A stretch of DNA of 34,564 nt from an uncultured Lentisphaerota bacterium. GTDB lineage: Bacteria; Verrucomicrobiota; Kiritimatiellia; RFP12; UBA1067. Every line of letters begins with the position of its first letter. The first letter of the stretch is position 1. Below are positions 24,243 to 34,048 of the stretch, in pieces. Location of the stretch: NCBI GenBank assembly GCA_900321575.1, contig ONWT01000110.1, positions 1-34,564 of the forward strand. The letters run 5' to 3'. The notes under the pieces were generated by a model. The model saw only the letters and a program-made list of their open reading frames with translations. It had not been told where the DNA came from and ran no database searches. The translations under genes and the position numbers were made by a program.

Positions 24243-25553
24243 ATGTCCGAAATCCGTGTTCGCTTCGCCCCGTCGCCGACGGGCAAGGTGCATATAGGCA
24301 ATATCCGCGCGGCCATCTACAACTGGCTCTTCGCGCGCCATACCGGCGGCAAGTTTCTGTTGCGCATAGAAGACACCGACCTCGAAAGGTCCACGCCCGA
24401 AGCCATCCAGGCTCTCTTCGAGTGCATGGAGTGGCTCAAACTGGACTGGGACGAAGAGGTGTTCTACCAGACCAAGAACGTGAAGCGCCACCTTGAGGTC
24501 GTCGATCGGCTGCTCGCATCCGGCCATGCCTACAAGGTTGAGAAGACTTCGAGGGACGGCAAGACGGGCGTCGTTACGATGTTCAGGATGCCGAAGGAAG
24601 GCGTAATCGAATTCGACGACATCGTCAAAGGACACATGGCAAAGAAGGCCGAAGACATTCAGGACTTTGCCATCGTCCGCAGCGACGGCTCGCCGATATT
24701 CCATATCGCCAACGTGGTGGACGACATTGATCAGCGTGTTACGCACATAATACGAGGAGACGACCATGTCGAAAACACGTTCAAGCATATTTGCATCTTC
24801 AAGGCCTTGGGCGCGCCCGTGCCGAAGTATGGACATCTCTCCATGATAGTCAATCAGCAAGGCAAGCCGTATTCGAAACGCGACGGCGCGGCGTTCGTAG
24901 GAGAATTCCGCGAACAGGGGTATATACCTGACGCGCTATTCAACTATCTGCTGCTTCTCGGGTGGAACCCCGGCGACAACCGCGAAGTGCTTTCGCGCGA
25001 AGAGATGGTGGCGCTGTTCGAGCTCGAGAAGGTTCACGTGACGGCGGCGATGTTCGATCTGAAGAAGCTGCAGTGGATGAACGGCGAATACGTCAAGCGC
25101 CTGCCCCGTGAAGTGTTCGAGAGAGAACTGCGCGCCCGCGTCGAAGCTGCAGGCCTGTCCATACCTGAAGGGTTCGACATGCCCGCGCTCATCGACCAGA
25201 TGCAGGTCAGGACGAAGTTCCTCAACGACATGCCGTCTAACATCGCCTACTTCTTTACCGACGATTATCCTTACGACGAAAAGTCCGTCGAGAAGCGCCT
25301 GAAGAAGGACGGCGTCAAAGACACTCTGATTGATCTCGTAAAGAGATTTTCTTCCGTTTCGGAGTGGAAGGCGCCTGTTTTGGAGGCTCTCGTCAAAGAA
25401 CTGAGTCAGGGCAACGGCATGGGGCCGTGGGTGCATCCGATACGTGTAGCGGTTTCGGGGAGAATGGATGGTCCCGGGCTATTCGAAATGCTGGAAATCC
25501 TCGGCAAGGAGAAAACCCTTGCCCGTCTGCAAAAGACGGCGAGCATGTTGTGA
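24243..25553 (+). CDS. gltX: Glutamate--tRNA ligase (compact variant)
   Basis: Motifs RVRFAPSPTG, HIGN, LRIEDTD, VVDD, HIIRGDDH, SKR, LLGW, plus the C-terminal anticodon-binding domain (PIRVAVSG...GP.LF). Confidence 0.95.
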   Translation: MSEIRVRFAPSPTGKVHIGNIRAAIYNWLFARHTGGKFLLRIEDTDLERSTPEAIQALFECMEWLKLDWDEEVFYQTKNVKRHLEVVDRLLASGHAYKVEKTSRDGKTGVVTMFRMPKEGVIEFDDIVKGHMAKKAEDIQDFAIVRSDGSPIFHIANVVDDIDQRVTHIIRGDDHVENTFKHICIFKALGAPVPKYGHLSMIVNQQGKPYSKRDGAAFVGEFREQGYIPDALFNYLLLLGWNPGDNREVLSREEMVALFELEKVHVTAAMFDLKKLQWMNGEYVKRLPREVFERELRARVEAAGLSIPEGFDMPALIDQMQVRTKFLNDMPSNIAYFFTDDYPYDEKSVEKRLKKDGVKDTLIDLVKRFSSVSEWKAPVLEALVKELSQGNGMGPWVHPIRVAVSGRMDGPGLFEMLEILGKEKTLARLQKTASML

Positions 25554-26506
25554 GCAGACTGCTTGTAGGCTATAACGCTGCCGACCTGTACGAGAAGGGG
25601 CGTCGAGGCGCAAAACGCACGTCGTCTCTTCTTGACGGGGATGTCACATGCCATGTGCTGGACATATATCAGCGTCATGCCATAGAAAGGGCCCACCACG
25701 CCAAGGCGGTATGCTCGCCCCATTTGCCGGAAGGCGATTGGGACGAGATATATTTCAAGACCGGCCCGAAACATATGAGCGGCGAATTGTCGCTCGATAT
25801 GCTTCAAGAGATTGCGAAGCTTCTGGGCGGCGACATAAAAACACCGCGCTTCCATCTTGATTTTGACGGGAAAGAGCGCGACAAAAACGAACTTCTCGCA
25901 AAGATTTTGGACGATCCCTCCCGCATGAGGGATTTTTCGTGCAAGTGGAAAGCGAGTGTCCAGGGAATATCCCCGATTGAGCTGACCAGCTTTCCGGGAT
26001 GCTTCTGCCATCGCCGTCCCGACGACGGCGGACTCGCTTTGGCCGAAGTTGTCTCAAGAGAGCTTAAAGAGGTGTCGAACGAAAAGGGGCATCTGCGGCT
26101 TCTCGACATGGGATGCGGATGCGGGCTTGTCGGCTTTCTCGTCGCTTCGGCGGTCAAAGGCATCGGCCTTGTGATGGTAGACTCCCATTCGCGTGCGGTA
26201 GAGGCGGCTACACTGAACTCGAAGACTCTCGGGATACCCGCCGAAGTAATACTCGCCGACAACGGTACGCCAACGAGGATGGATTGTTCGTTCGATGTCT
26301 TCGTCGGCAATCCGCCTTACTATTCGGACTACAGAATAGCGGAGGTTTTTCTTGATACGGCCAAAAGGGCGCTCAAAAAGGGCGGACTGTGCTATACGGT
26401 TGTCAAGAACGATGCCGGACTTAGACCCGTCCAGGAACGTTACTTTCCTTCCGTCGAGGTCATTCGCCGCAGAGGCTACTGCATACTCAAGTCAATTATG
26501 GTATAA
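25550..26506 (+). CDS. Class I SAM-dependent methyltransferase, RsmC/MTS-like
   Basis: Motifs FPGCF....DDG, LLDMGCGCG, GNPPY. GTG start at 25550 overlaps the gltX stop (GTGA). Confidence 0.8.
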   Translation: MSRLLVGYNAADLYEKGRRGAKRTSSLLDGDVTCHVLDIYQRHAIERAHHAKAVCSPHLPEGDWDEIYFKTGPKHMSGELSLDMLQEIAKLLGGDIKTPRFHLDFDGKERDKNELLAKILDDPSRMRDFSCKWKASVQGISPIELTSFPGCFCHRRPDDGGLALAEVVSRELKEVSNEKGHLRLLDMGCGCGLVGFLVASAVKGIGLVMVDSHSRAVEAATLNSKTLGIPAEVILADNGTPTRMDCSFDVFVGNPPYYSDYRIAEVFLDTAKRALKKGGLCYTVVKNDAGLRPVQERYFPSVEVIRRRGYCILKSIMV

Positions 26507-26507
26507 T
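26499..26507 (+). promoter_or_regulatory. Extended -10 TGGTATAAT overlapping the methyltransferase stop codon
   Basis: ATTATGGTATAATAC; the protease ATG lies 7 nt after the hexamer. Confidence 0.75.
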
Positions 26508-26514
26508 ACAACCA

Positions 26515-27255
26515 ATGCTGAATTCAAGATATAGAGTATGTGAACTCTTCGGGATTCCGATTTATGTGAATCTCTCCTTTCTGATACTGTTGCTGCTCTT
26601 CATGTCCGATTTCGGTTCGTTCAGCCTTGGGCTTGCGGCGGCGTTTGTGTTGGCGATATCGGTAACATTGCACGAGCTTGGCCATGCGCTTACTGCGCAA
26701 GCTTTCGGCTACAGGACAAAAGACATAACGCTTTCGTTGCTTGGGGGGTGCGCTTCGCTTATTGCGCTGCCGCGCAAAGCGTGGCAAGAGCTTCTTACGG
26801 CGGCGGCCGGTCCGCTAGTCAGTTTTGCGCTCGCGGGGATAGTGTTGCTGCTTGATGTTCTTGGCGTCCGTGTCGCCAATATCTGGCTTAGAAACGTGCT
26901 GAATTATATGTTTTGGGTCAATGTTATGCTTGGTACCTTCAATCTGCTGCCGGGATTTCCCATGGATGGCGGACGAATCTTTCGCTCTGCGATGCGGGCC
27001 TTCATGTCCAGGGCGCAAGCCACGTTTATCGCCATGTGGGTAGGGCGTATCGTGGCGATTTTGTTGGGACTGCGCGGCCTGTGGTCGATCGTGAACGGCG
27101 GAGGCTGGGGCTTCGTCTCCATAATGATCGCCTGGATGATATGGCAGGAAGGCTGGCGGGAATATATGGTCGCCAGGATGGAGGCGGATTTCCGCCACTG
27201 GACGCAAGAAGATTTCAATGCCAAAGTTTCACCACCACCATATGAAAGGAGTTAA
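26515..27255 (+). CDS. Site-2 protease (peptidase M50) family protein
   Basis: HELGH zinc motif, AAAGP, FNLLPGFPMDGGR, multiple TM segments. Confidence 0.93.
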   Translation: MLNSRYRVCELFGIPIYVNLSFLILLLLFMSDFGSFSLGLAAAFVLAISVTLHELGHALTAQAFGYRTKDITLSLLGGCASLIALPRKAWQELLTAAAGPLVSFALAGIVLLLDVLGVRVANIWLRNVLNYMFWVNVMLGTFNLLPGFPMDGGRIFRSAMRAFMSRAQATFIAMWVGRIVAILLGLRGLWSIVNGGGWGFVSIMIAWMIWQEGWREYMVARMEADFRHWTQEDFNAKVSPPPYERS

Positions 27256-27264
27256 TCGTATATC

Positions 27265-28233
27265 ATGACCCAGTACGCAGGAGATTTTATGGTCTTTTCG
27301 GGTACGGCGAATCCGGCGCTCGCCGAGAAGGTCGCCAACTACCTCGGGAAGCCTCTCAACAAAATCGACATAAAGCACTTTCCTGACGGGGAAACTTTCT
27401 GCCAGGTGATCGATCCTGTCCGCGGTCGCGACGTGTTCGTGATACAGTCCGGCTCGCCGAAGCCGAATGACGCGTACATGGAACTCTTTATCATCATGGA
27501 TGCTCTCCGTCGCGGTTCGGCCGCCCGCATAACCGCTGTGCTGCCATACTATGCATACGCCCGCCAAGACCGCAAGGATCAACCACGCGTGCCGATTACG
27601 GCGCGTTTGATAGCGAATCTTCTTCAGAGGGCAGGTGCCGATCGCGTTCTCGCGATGGATTTGCACGCCAACCAGATTCAGGGTTTCTTCGACATTCCGC
27701 TTGACCACCTCAAGGCAGAGCCGGTGATTCTCAAATACATTCGCGATCAGCATTGGGCCAAGCCCGTTGTCGTCTCGCCCGATACCGGCGGGGCGAAGAC
27801 TGCTTACGGCTACAGCCGCAAGCTCGGGTGCGGACTCGCCATCGTCGCAAAGCAGCGCACGGGAGATTCGACGGTGGATGCGTTCAGTGTAGTCGGCGAC
27901 GTAAAGGACTGCGACGTCATAATGATAGACGATATGACGGCGACAGGCGGTACGCTTTCTGCTGCGGCCAAGATGTGCCGCGAGAACGGGGCCAAGTCGG
28001 TGCACGCTTTCGTTTCGCACTTTCCCCTCACCACGAAGGGTGTCGAGCGCCTTACGGCCGAGACGCAGCTTGACGAACTTGTCGTGACGGATACGATACC
28101 GCTCCGCGAGGGATTCGACCCCGCGAAGCTCCCGTTCAAGCTTACGCAGCTCTCTGTCGCGCCGCTCATCGGCGAGGCAATCAAGCGTACGCACGACAAC
28201 GCTTCGATCAACGACCTGTTCAATCACGAATGA
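27265..28233 (+). CDS. prs: Ribose-phosphate pyrophosphokinase
   Basis: Motifs F.DGE, PYYAYARQDRK, DLHA.QIQGFFD, VSPD.GG, IDDM..TGGTL. Confidence 0.97.
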   Translation: MTQYAGDFMVFSGTANPALAEKVANYLGKPLNKIDIKHFPDGETFCQVIDPVRGRDVFVIQSGSPKPNDAYMELFIIMDALRRGSAARITAVLPYYAYARQDRKDQPRVPITARLIANLLQRAGADRVLAMDLHANQIQGFFDIPLDHLKAEPVILKYIRDQHWAKPVVVSPDTGGAKTAYGYSRKLGCGLAIVAKQRTGDSTVDAFSVVGDVKDCDVIMIDDMTATGGTLSAAAKMCRENGAKSVHAFVSHFPLTTKGVERLTAETQLDELVVTDTIPLREGFDPAKLPFKLTQLSVAPLIGEAIKRTHDNASINDLFNHE

Positions 28234-28805
28234 AGGTTGTCGTAGGGCTGGGCAATCCAGGCCAGCAATACGCGGATACGCCTCATTCAATCGGGTTTGA
28301 GGCGGTTGACGCGCTGGCCGCCGGGATTGGTGCCGCTTGGGAGCCTAAGAAGGCTTTCAAGTGCCTTATGGCTAGGGGAACGCTGAAGGGCGTTCCCGTA
28401 TTGCTCATAAAGCCGCAGACTTTTATGAACCTCTCCGGAGAGTCTGTAGCCCCGGCAGTAAAATACAACAATGCGCAGGCTTCGGATCTGCTAGTGGTGC
28501 AGGACGATATCGACCTGCCTGCTGGTCGCATCCGCATCAGAAACGGCGGTTCTTGCGGCGGACACAACGGCGTGCGCAACATTATCGAGCATCTTGGGAC
28601 ACAATCTTTCACGCGGCTGAAACTCGGTGTCGGCAAAGAGAGGGGTAATGTCATCGGGCACGTCCTGGGCAAATTCGACCCCGAGACCAGGAAGGTCATG
28701 AATGTAGTGGTGGAGGAGGCCGTCAAAGCGATTGCGGCAATAGTGTGCGAAGGGCCCGACAAAGCCATGAATTTGTTCAATTCTTTCAATGCAACGGCAG
28801 GGTGA
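28230..28805 (+). CDS. pth: Peptidyl-tRNA hydrolase
   Basis: Motifs VGLGNPG..Y..T.H..GF, KPQTFMNLSG, GGHNG.R.II, HVLGKF. Confidence 0.95.
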   Translation: MKVVVGLGNPGQQYADTPHSIGFEAVDALAAGIGAAWEPKKAFKCLMARGTLKGVPVLLIKPQTFMNLSGESVAPAVKYNNAQASDLLVVQDDIDLPAGRIRIRNGGSCGGHNGVRNIIEHLGTQSFTRLKLGVGKERGNVIGHVLGKFDPETRKVMNVVVEEAVKAIAAIVCEGPDKAMNLFNSFNATAG

Positions 28806-28810
28806 TCAAA

Positions 28811-30000
28811 ATGCAGACCGTAACAACTCAGATTAAAAACTCAATGGCATCGTCCAGCTGGATTCGCCGAATGTTCGAAAAGGGGCTGGAGCTTAAAAAG
28901 CAGTATGGCGAAGACGCCGTATGCGATTTCTCGCTGGGCAATCCCGACGTGCCGCCGCCGGAGCGCACGAAAGACGCACTTGCGCATATTGCGGAAAATG
29001 CGGTAAAACCGCTTGGCCTCGGCTATTGCCCGAACGCCGGCATACCCGCCGTTCGCGAAACGATGGCCAACGCGCTCACCGTACAGCAGGAAATGCCAAT
29101 CGGCGCCAAGGATGTCGTAATGACAGTAGGTGCCGCAGGTGCTCTCGTGTCGTTTTTCAGGGCTGTCATCGAGCCTGGCGACGAAGTGATTACGCCCGCG
29201 CCCTATTTCGTCGAGTACGGAGCCTATTGCGGACATTTCGGCGGTATCCTGAAACCGGTTCCGTCGTTGCCGCCGACATTCCGTCCGGATGTAGCCGCAA
29301 TCGCGGCTGCGGTGACACCAAGGACACGTGCGATAATCGTCAACTCGCCGAACAATCCGACCGGGTGCATATATTCTCTGGAAGACCTGAAACAGCTCGC
29401 AGCTGTGGTCGATTCGGTCAACGAAACACGTGAGCGGCCACTCTTTCTTCTTTCGGACGAGCCGTATCGCGCGTTCGCTTACGATGGAGCGAAAGTTCCG
29501 GCGATACTGCCGCTTACAAAATTCGCCTGCGTCCTCGGCAGCTTTTCGAAGACTCTCTCTCTTGCCGGCGAACGCATCGGATACTTTGTGGCCAATCCCG
29601 AAATGCCCGACCAGACGTCGCTTATCGCCGCAGTTACGCTCACCAACCGCACTCTTGGATTCGTCAACGCTCCGGTAATAGGCCAGCGTCTTGCGGCAGA
29701 ACTTGTGAACGAGACTGTCAATCTCGATATCTACAACAGGCGCCGCCTGTTGATGGCGAAGGTTCTTGCCGATGCTGGCATAGAGTTCGAAATGCCCAAA
29801 GGGGCTTTTACTTCTTTGCCAAGAGTCCTGTCGAGGATGATGCCGTTTTCGTTGATGCGCTCCTGAAGGAGAAGATTCTGGTCGTGCCGGGTAAGGGGTT
29901 CGGCTTTGGCGGATACGTGCGGCTCAGCTGCAGCGTGGACGAGAAGATAATAATCCGCTCGGCCGAAGGTTTCAAGCGTGCAATGGCGCAGTTCCAGTAA
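28811..30000 (+). pseudogene. Class I/II PLP-dependent (aspartate-type) aminotransferase interrupted by a 1-nt frameshift near 29806-29809 (real lesion or sequencing error)
   Basis: Motifs DFSLGNP, NSPNNPTG, SDEPY, SFSKTLSLAGERIGY. After PKGAF the expected YFFAKSP...ILVVPG.GFG..GYVRLS...FQ* continues in the -1 frame to TAA 29998-30000. Confidence 0.85.
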
Positions 30001-30001
30001 G

Positions 30002-31282
30002 ATGCACGGCGATTCTGCTAGTCCTCTCGCCGCCAGAATGCGGCCTCAGACAATTGAAGAAGTCGTCGGCCAAGACCATATTCTTGGGCCTGGGAAACTG
30101 TTGAGAAGGGTGATCGAGGCCGATCGCCTGACAAATGTGATTTTCTACGGTCCGCCAGGCTGCGGAAAGACCACTCTTGCCGAAGTCATTGCCAAGGCGA
30201 CGAAGCGGAATTTCGTGCGCGCATCTGGCGTATTGTCCAATGTGGCAGATATCCGCGCGATATGCAATCGCGCAAGAAACGAACTTGGCGGAGAGGGGAC
30301 GATTCTCTTCATTGATGAATTGCACCGCTTTAACAAGTCGCAGCAGGATATTTTGCTGCCATATGTCGAAGACGGAACTGTCGTTTTGATCGGTGCCACT
30401 ACACACAACCCTAATTTCTTCATAAACACGCCGTTGACTTCCCGTTCGCTGGTTTTCGAGCTAAAACCGCTCTCTCCCCAAGCCATAGGGATTCTTCTGG
30501 ACCGTGCAGTACGCGATAAGGAAAATGGGGTTGGCGATATCAATGTCGTCTTTGACGAGGACGCGAAAAACTTTCTGGCGACTATTTCGGAAGGAGACGC
30601 GAGGCACGCTTTGACTGCGCTCGAAATAGCTGTTCGTTCCACAGCTACGGACGATGAAGGGCGCGTCCATCTAACTCTGGACATAATCCAGGAGTGCGTA
30701 CAACGTCGCCAAGTGAAATACGACAAGACCGAAGAAGGACACTACGATACGATTTCGGCCTTCATAAAGTCAATTCGAGGCAGCGATCCGGACGCGGCGA
30801 TATACTGGCTGGGCAAGATGCTGGTTGCTGGCGAAGATCCCCGTTTCATAGCTCGGCGGCTTGTGATTAGCGCATCGGAAGATATCGGCAACGCCGACCC
30901 TAGAGGCTTGACCGTCGCAGTGGCCGCAATGCAGGCGTGCGATTTTGTAGGTATGCCCGAATGCGCAATAAACCTTGCACAGGCCACGACCTATCTAGCT
31001 TCGGCGCCAAAATCCAATGCGAGTTGCATGGCGATTTCCGAGGCGATGGCTGATATAGAAAGCGGAGCGGTTCAGCCCGTTCCCGAACATCTCAAGAACA
31101 AACACATAAAAGCGATCGGCTCCAACGAAGTCACCGAATACAAATATCCGCATAACTTTGCCAACCATTATGTGAAGCAGGAATATATGTATGCGCCAAA
31201 GCAGTATTACCGCCCGACGCAACAGGGATATGAAGCGACAATAGGGAAGAGACTTGAAGCACTAAAGCCTAAGTTTACATAA
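30002..31282 (+). CDS. rarA: Replication-associated recombination protein A (MgsA/RarA AAA+ ATPase)
   Basis: Motifs PLAARMRP, GPPGCGKT, DELHRFNK.QQD, HYD.ISAFIKSIRGSD.DAA, ASEDIGNADP, YKYPH. Start at ATG 30002. Confidence 0.96.
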   Translation: MHGDSASPLAARMRPQTIEEVVGQDHILGPGKLLRRVIEADRLTNVIFYGPPGCGKTTLAEVIAKATKRNFVRASGVLSNVADIRAICNRARNELGGEGTILFIDELHRFNKSQQDILLPYVEDGTVVLIGATTHNPNFFINTPLTSRSLVFELKPLSPQAIGILLDRAVRDKENGVGDINVVFDEDAKNFLATISEGDARHALTALEIAVRSTATDDEGRVHLTLDIIQECVQRRQVKYDKTEEGHYDTISAFIKSIRGSDPDAAIYWLGKMLVAGEDPRFIARRLVISASEDIGNADPRGLTVAVAAMQACDFVGMPECAINLAQATTYLASAPKSNASCMAISEAMADIESGAVQPVPEHLKNKHIKAIGSNEVTEYKYPHNFANHYVKQEYMYAPKQYYRPTQQGYEATIGKRLEALKPKFT

Positions 31283-31295
31283 TCTGCCTTATTGG

Positions 31296-31315
31296 AAGCG
31301 GATGCGTTTGCTTTT
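31296..31315 (+). terminator. Possible intrinsic terminator after rarA
   Basis: AAGCGGA-TGCG-TTTGCTT stem with G-U pairs followed by TT. Confidence 0.3.
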
Positions 31316-31323
31316 GAATTATT

Positions 31324-31332
31324 TGGTATAAT
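31324..31332 (+). promoter_or_regulatory. Extended -10 TGGTATAAT
   Basis: ATTTGGTATAATAT, followed by a GGAG Shine-Dalgarno and ATG 31359. Confidence 0.75.
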
Positions 31333-31358
31333 ATACGCATAATTTACGGAGACAACCA

Positions 31359-32225
31359 ATGGACACAGAAATACCGCAGAATGCACTCAGCGTATACGGC
31401 CAGGATTCTGGCGTGGATGATTTTCCAGTGTTAAAGGCATTTCAGCAATACATAGATGCGGAACAAAACAAAGCACGACGCAGGATGGTTACGCTTTGCA
31501 TCTTTTTCGGTGCGCTTATGGCGATAGTCGTAGCCGTATTCATGTTCATGCTGTATGGCATCAATGAGCGCAACCAGCTTTTGAGCGACAGGCTTGTGGA
31601 ATACGCGATGCGCGATCGCGACCGACTCATCGCACAGCCTCCGCAGCCTGTTGTGCAGTCCGTGCCCGACAACTCGGCGAACGAGGCTGCAATGCGGGCA
31701 ATGACCGACACATTGCTGGCGCTCCAGAAACAGATGGCGGAGCAACAGCAGTCGCAGTCGGCGCAACAAAAAGCACCGCCGACATACGAGGAAATGGAAA
31801 TTGAGAGAAAAACACGGGAAGCTGAAGAGAAAATCAGAAGGGCAAGAGCCCTTCTCGATGCCGAAAAGAAGAAACTTGCCGAAGAGCGCGAGAAACTTCA
31901 TTATGAAGAGGTCGAGCGCCAACGTCGCCGCCTCTATCCCGAATACTACGAAAACCAAGCGGCGACAAAGCCCTCAGAGACGCCCTCTACACCGACGGCA
32001 ACCAAACAAACATCGGCGAACAAACCGATCAAACCTCAAATTTCCGATAGCGATATCGCCGACATTCTGCGCGAGGTTGACGATGCTACAGGAATCCATG
32101 ATGCCGACGCAGAAGATATAGATGACGATTTCGAAGACGCCATCGAGTATTTCAGCGATGACGAATATCAAATCCCCGTAAAAATCGAGGGAACGTCCAC
32201 AAAGTGGCACGTTCCCCTCGACTGA
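31359..32225 (+). CDS. Hypothetical single-TM protein with coiled-coil and acidic C-terminus
   Basis: Has its own promoter and Shine-Dalgarno, a hydrophobic segment (LCIFFGALMAIVVAVFMFMLYG), an E/K/R-rich helix and a D/E-rich tail. No family recognised. Confidence 0.75.
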   Translation: MDTEIPQNALSVYGQDSGVDDFPVLKAFQQYIDAEQNKARRRMVTLCIFFGALMAIVVAVFMFMLYGINERNQLLSDRLVEYAMRDRDRLIAQPPQPVVQSVPDNSANEAAMRAMTDTLLALQKQMAEQQQSQSAQQKAPPTYEEMEIERKTREAEEKIRRARALLDAEKKKLAEEREKLHYEEVERQRRRLYPEYYENQAATKPSETPSTPTATKQTSANKPIKPQISDSDIADILREVDDATGIHDADAEDIDDDFEDAIEYFSDDEYQIPVKIEGTSTKWHVPLD

Positions 32226-32247
32226 TTTGTTCGGAAACTCCGCTTAA

Positions 32248-34047
32248 TCAGCGGTTTGTCGCGTATAGCGGACCGAAGTTCTTGCACGCGCGGTAGTCCG
32301 CGCCTGTCGGATCGTCCGAAGCGCCGAAGAGTCCCCAGCAATGAGGCTGGTATACTTGTTCTTCGGGCACATTGTGCATCGCGACAGGGATTCTCAGCAT
32401 GGACGCTAGCGTGATCAGGTCGGCGCCGATGTGGCCATAGGCGATTGCGCCATGGTTCGCCGCCCAGGCGTTCATTACTGAGTAGACATCCTTGAAGAAA
32501 CCCTTCCCTGTGAGACGGGGAGTGAACCACGTGCAAGGCCATTCGGGGTTTGTGCGGAGCATAAGCTTTTCGTTCTGAGCCTTGTCTAGCTCGACCGACC
32601 ACCCTTCGGCAATCTGTAGCACGGGCCCCTGCCCTTTCACATAGCTTATACGCGTCATCGTAAGCGGCATGCCGGCAGGAGTCAAGAACGAACTCGAGAA
32701 GCCGCCGCCACGGAAATATTCCACTCCGGCCGGAACCCACTTCGTCGCCTTCATTGTGGCATCAATGTCCTTTTGCGAGACATCCCACCAATTTTTGAAG
32801 ACGCGCTTGCCCTTCTCCTTCATTTCACCAGCGGCATCAAGGCAGCAGCTGCCGGAATTCAGGAGGTGGATTATGCCCTGCTTGGCGATACCAGAGAGCC
32901 CCTTCCCGGTGGTACGCTTCACGGAGGCATCGCTCCAGTATGTGCGCACATCGGCGAACATGGACGCCTTGTTCGTCAAGAGATACATGAGCAACATGCA
33001 TACGCCGTTTAGCGAGTCGTTTTCGGTGGCGACCACTTGCGGCATCTTCGGCCCGTTCCAGTCGAACGAAGTGTTGCAGAAAGCCTCCATAAAGTCGCCA
33101 TTCGGCCAATGGTCGGTCCACTGCCGCTGCCCCTGGAAGCCCGCCGCTATGGCATTGCGCCCTACGGCCTCCTCGCCAAAGCCCATCTCGGCCAGTTTTG
33201 GATTGCCGACCATCATATCGCGCATTATTATCGCCATCTTGACGACATATTCCCAGTCGGCATCCTTCTGCTCGCGGGTTTTCTGTATGTTCTTCGGATT
33301 GTAGTCCTTGCCCTCTTTGCAGAACTTCTTGACCCAAGCAAGAGCCTTGCCGTACTCTTCCTTGTCGTAGATTCCCTCGGCGATGCGACGTTCGATCTCG
33401 CACATGTCCATATTCTCTGGACGCATTCCCAGATAATCCTGGAAGAAGTCCACATTGACGAACGAACCGGCGATACCCATCGCGCTCGAGCCGACCGAGA
33501 GGTAGCTCTTGCCCTTCATCATCGCTACAGCGAGACCGGCCTTGACGAAACGGAGAATCTTTTCTTTCACGTCTTCAGGCACGCTGGTGTCGGTGGCGTC
33601 CTGCACTTCGCGTCCATATATGCCGTAAGTGGGCATTCCCCTTTGCGCATAGCCCGCGAGCATGCAGGCCAGATATACCGCGCCGGGACGCTCGGTGCCA
33701 TTGAATCCCCATACCGCTTTGGGAATCTGGGGATCGGCATCCATCGTTTCCGTTCCGTAGCACCAGCAAGGCGTCACGGAAAGCGAAACGCCGACATTGT
33801 TCTCGCGGAACTTCTTCGCGCACTTTTCCGCCTCGTAGACGCCGCCGATCGTGGTGTCTGCGATGACACACTCGACGGGCGAGCCGTCGGGATATTTCAG
33901 ATTGGACGAAATCAGCTTGGCCGCCGTTTCGGCCATCTTCATCGTCTGCACTTCAAGCGATTCGCGGACGCCACGACGGCGCCCGTCAATGATAGGACGG
34001 ATGCCGACCTTGGGGAATCCGTTCATGGTCCATACTGTTTGATTCAT
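32248..34047 (-). CDS. fucI: L-fucose isomerase
   Basis: Motifs [72 protein letters not shown]. Shine-Dalgarno AAGGAG upstream. Confidence 0.97.
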   Translation of the reverse strand: MNQTVWTMNGFPKVGIRPIIDGRRRGVRESLEVQTMKMAETAAKLISSNLKYPDGSPVECVIADTTIGGVYEAEKCAKKFRENNVGVSLSVTPCWCYGTETMDADPQIPKAVWGFNGTERPGAVYLACMLAGYAQRGMPTYGIYGREVQDATDTSVPEDVKEKILRFVKAGLAVAMMKGKSYLSVGSSAMGIAGSFVNVDFFQDYLGMRPENMDMCEIERRIAEGIYDKEEYGKALAWVKKFCKEGKDYNPKNIQKTREQKDADWEYVVKMAIIMRDMMVGNPKLAEMGFGEEAVGRNAIAAGFQGQRQWTDHWPNGDFMEAFCNTSFDWNGPKMPQVVATENDSLNGVCMLLMYLLTNKASMFADVRTYWSDASVKRTTGKGLSGIAKQGIIHLLNSGSCCLDAAGEMKEKGKRVFKNWWDVSQKDIDATMKATKWVPAGVEYFRGGGFSSSFLTPAGMPLTMTRISYVKGQGPVLQIAEGWSVELDKAQNEKLMLRTNPEWPCTWFTPRLTGKGFFKDVYSVMNAWAANHGAIAYGHIGADLITLASMLRIPVAMHNVPEEQVYQPHCWGLFGASDDPTGADYRACKNFGPLYATNR

Positions 34048-34048
34048 T

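Noticed and set aside
25364-25549. Upstream extensions of called ORFs (25364, 18381, 19343, 28745, 29978, 10996)
   Set aside because: They overlap the preceding genes. Downstream starts with stop/start overlaps or Shine-Dalgarno sites fit better.
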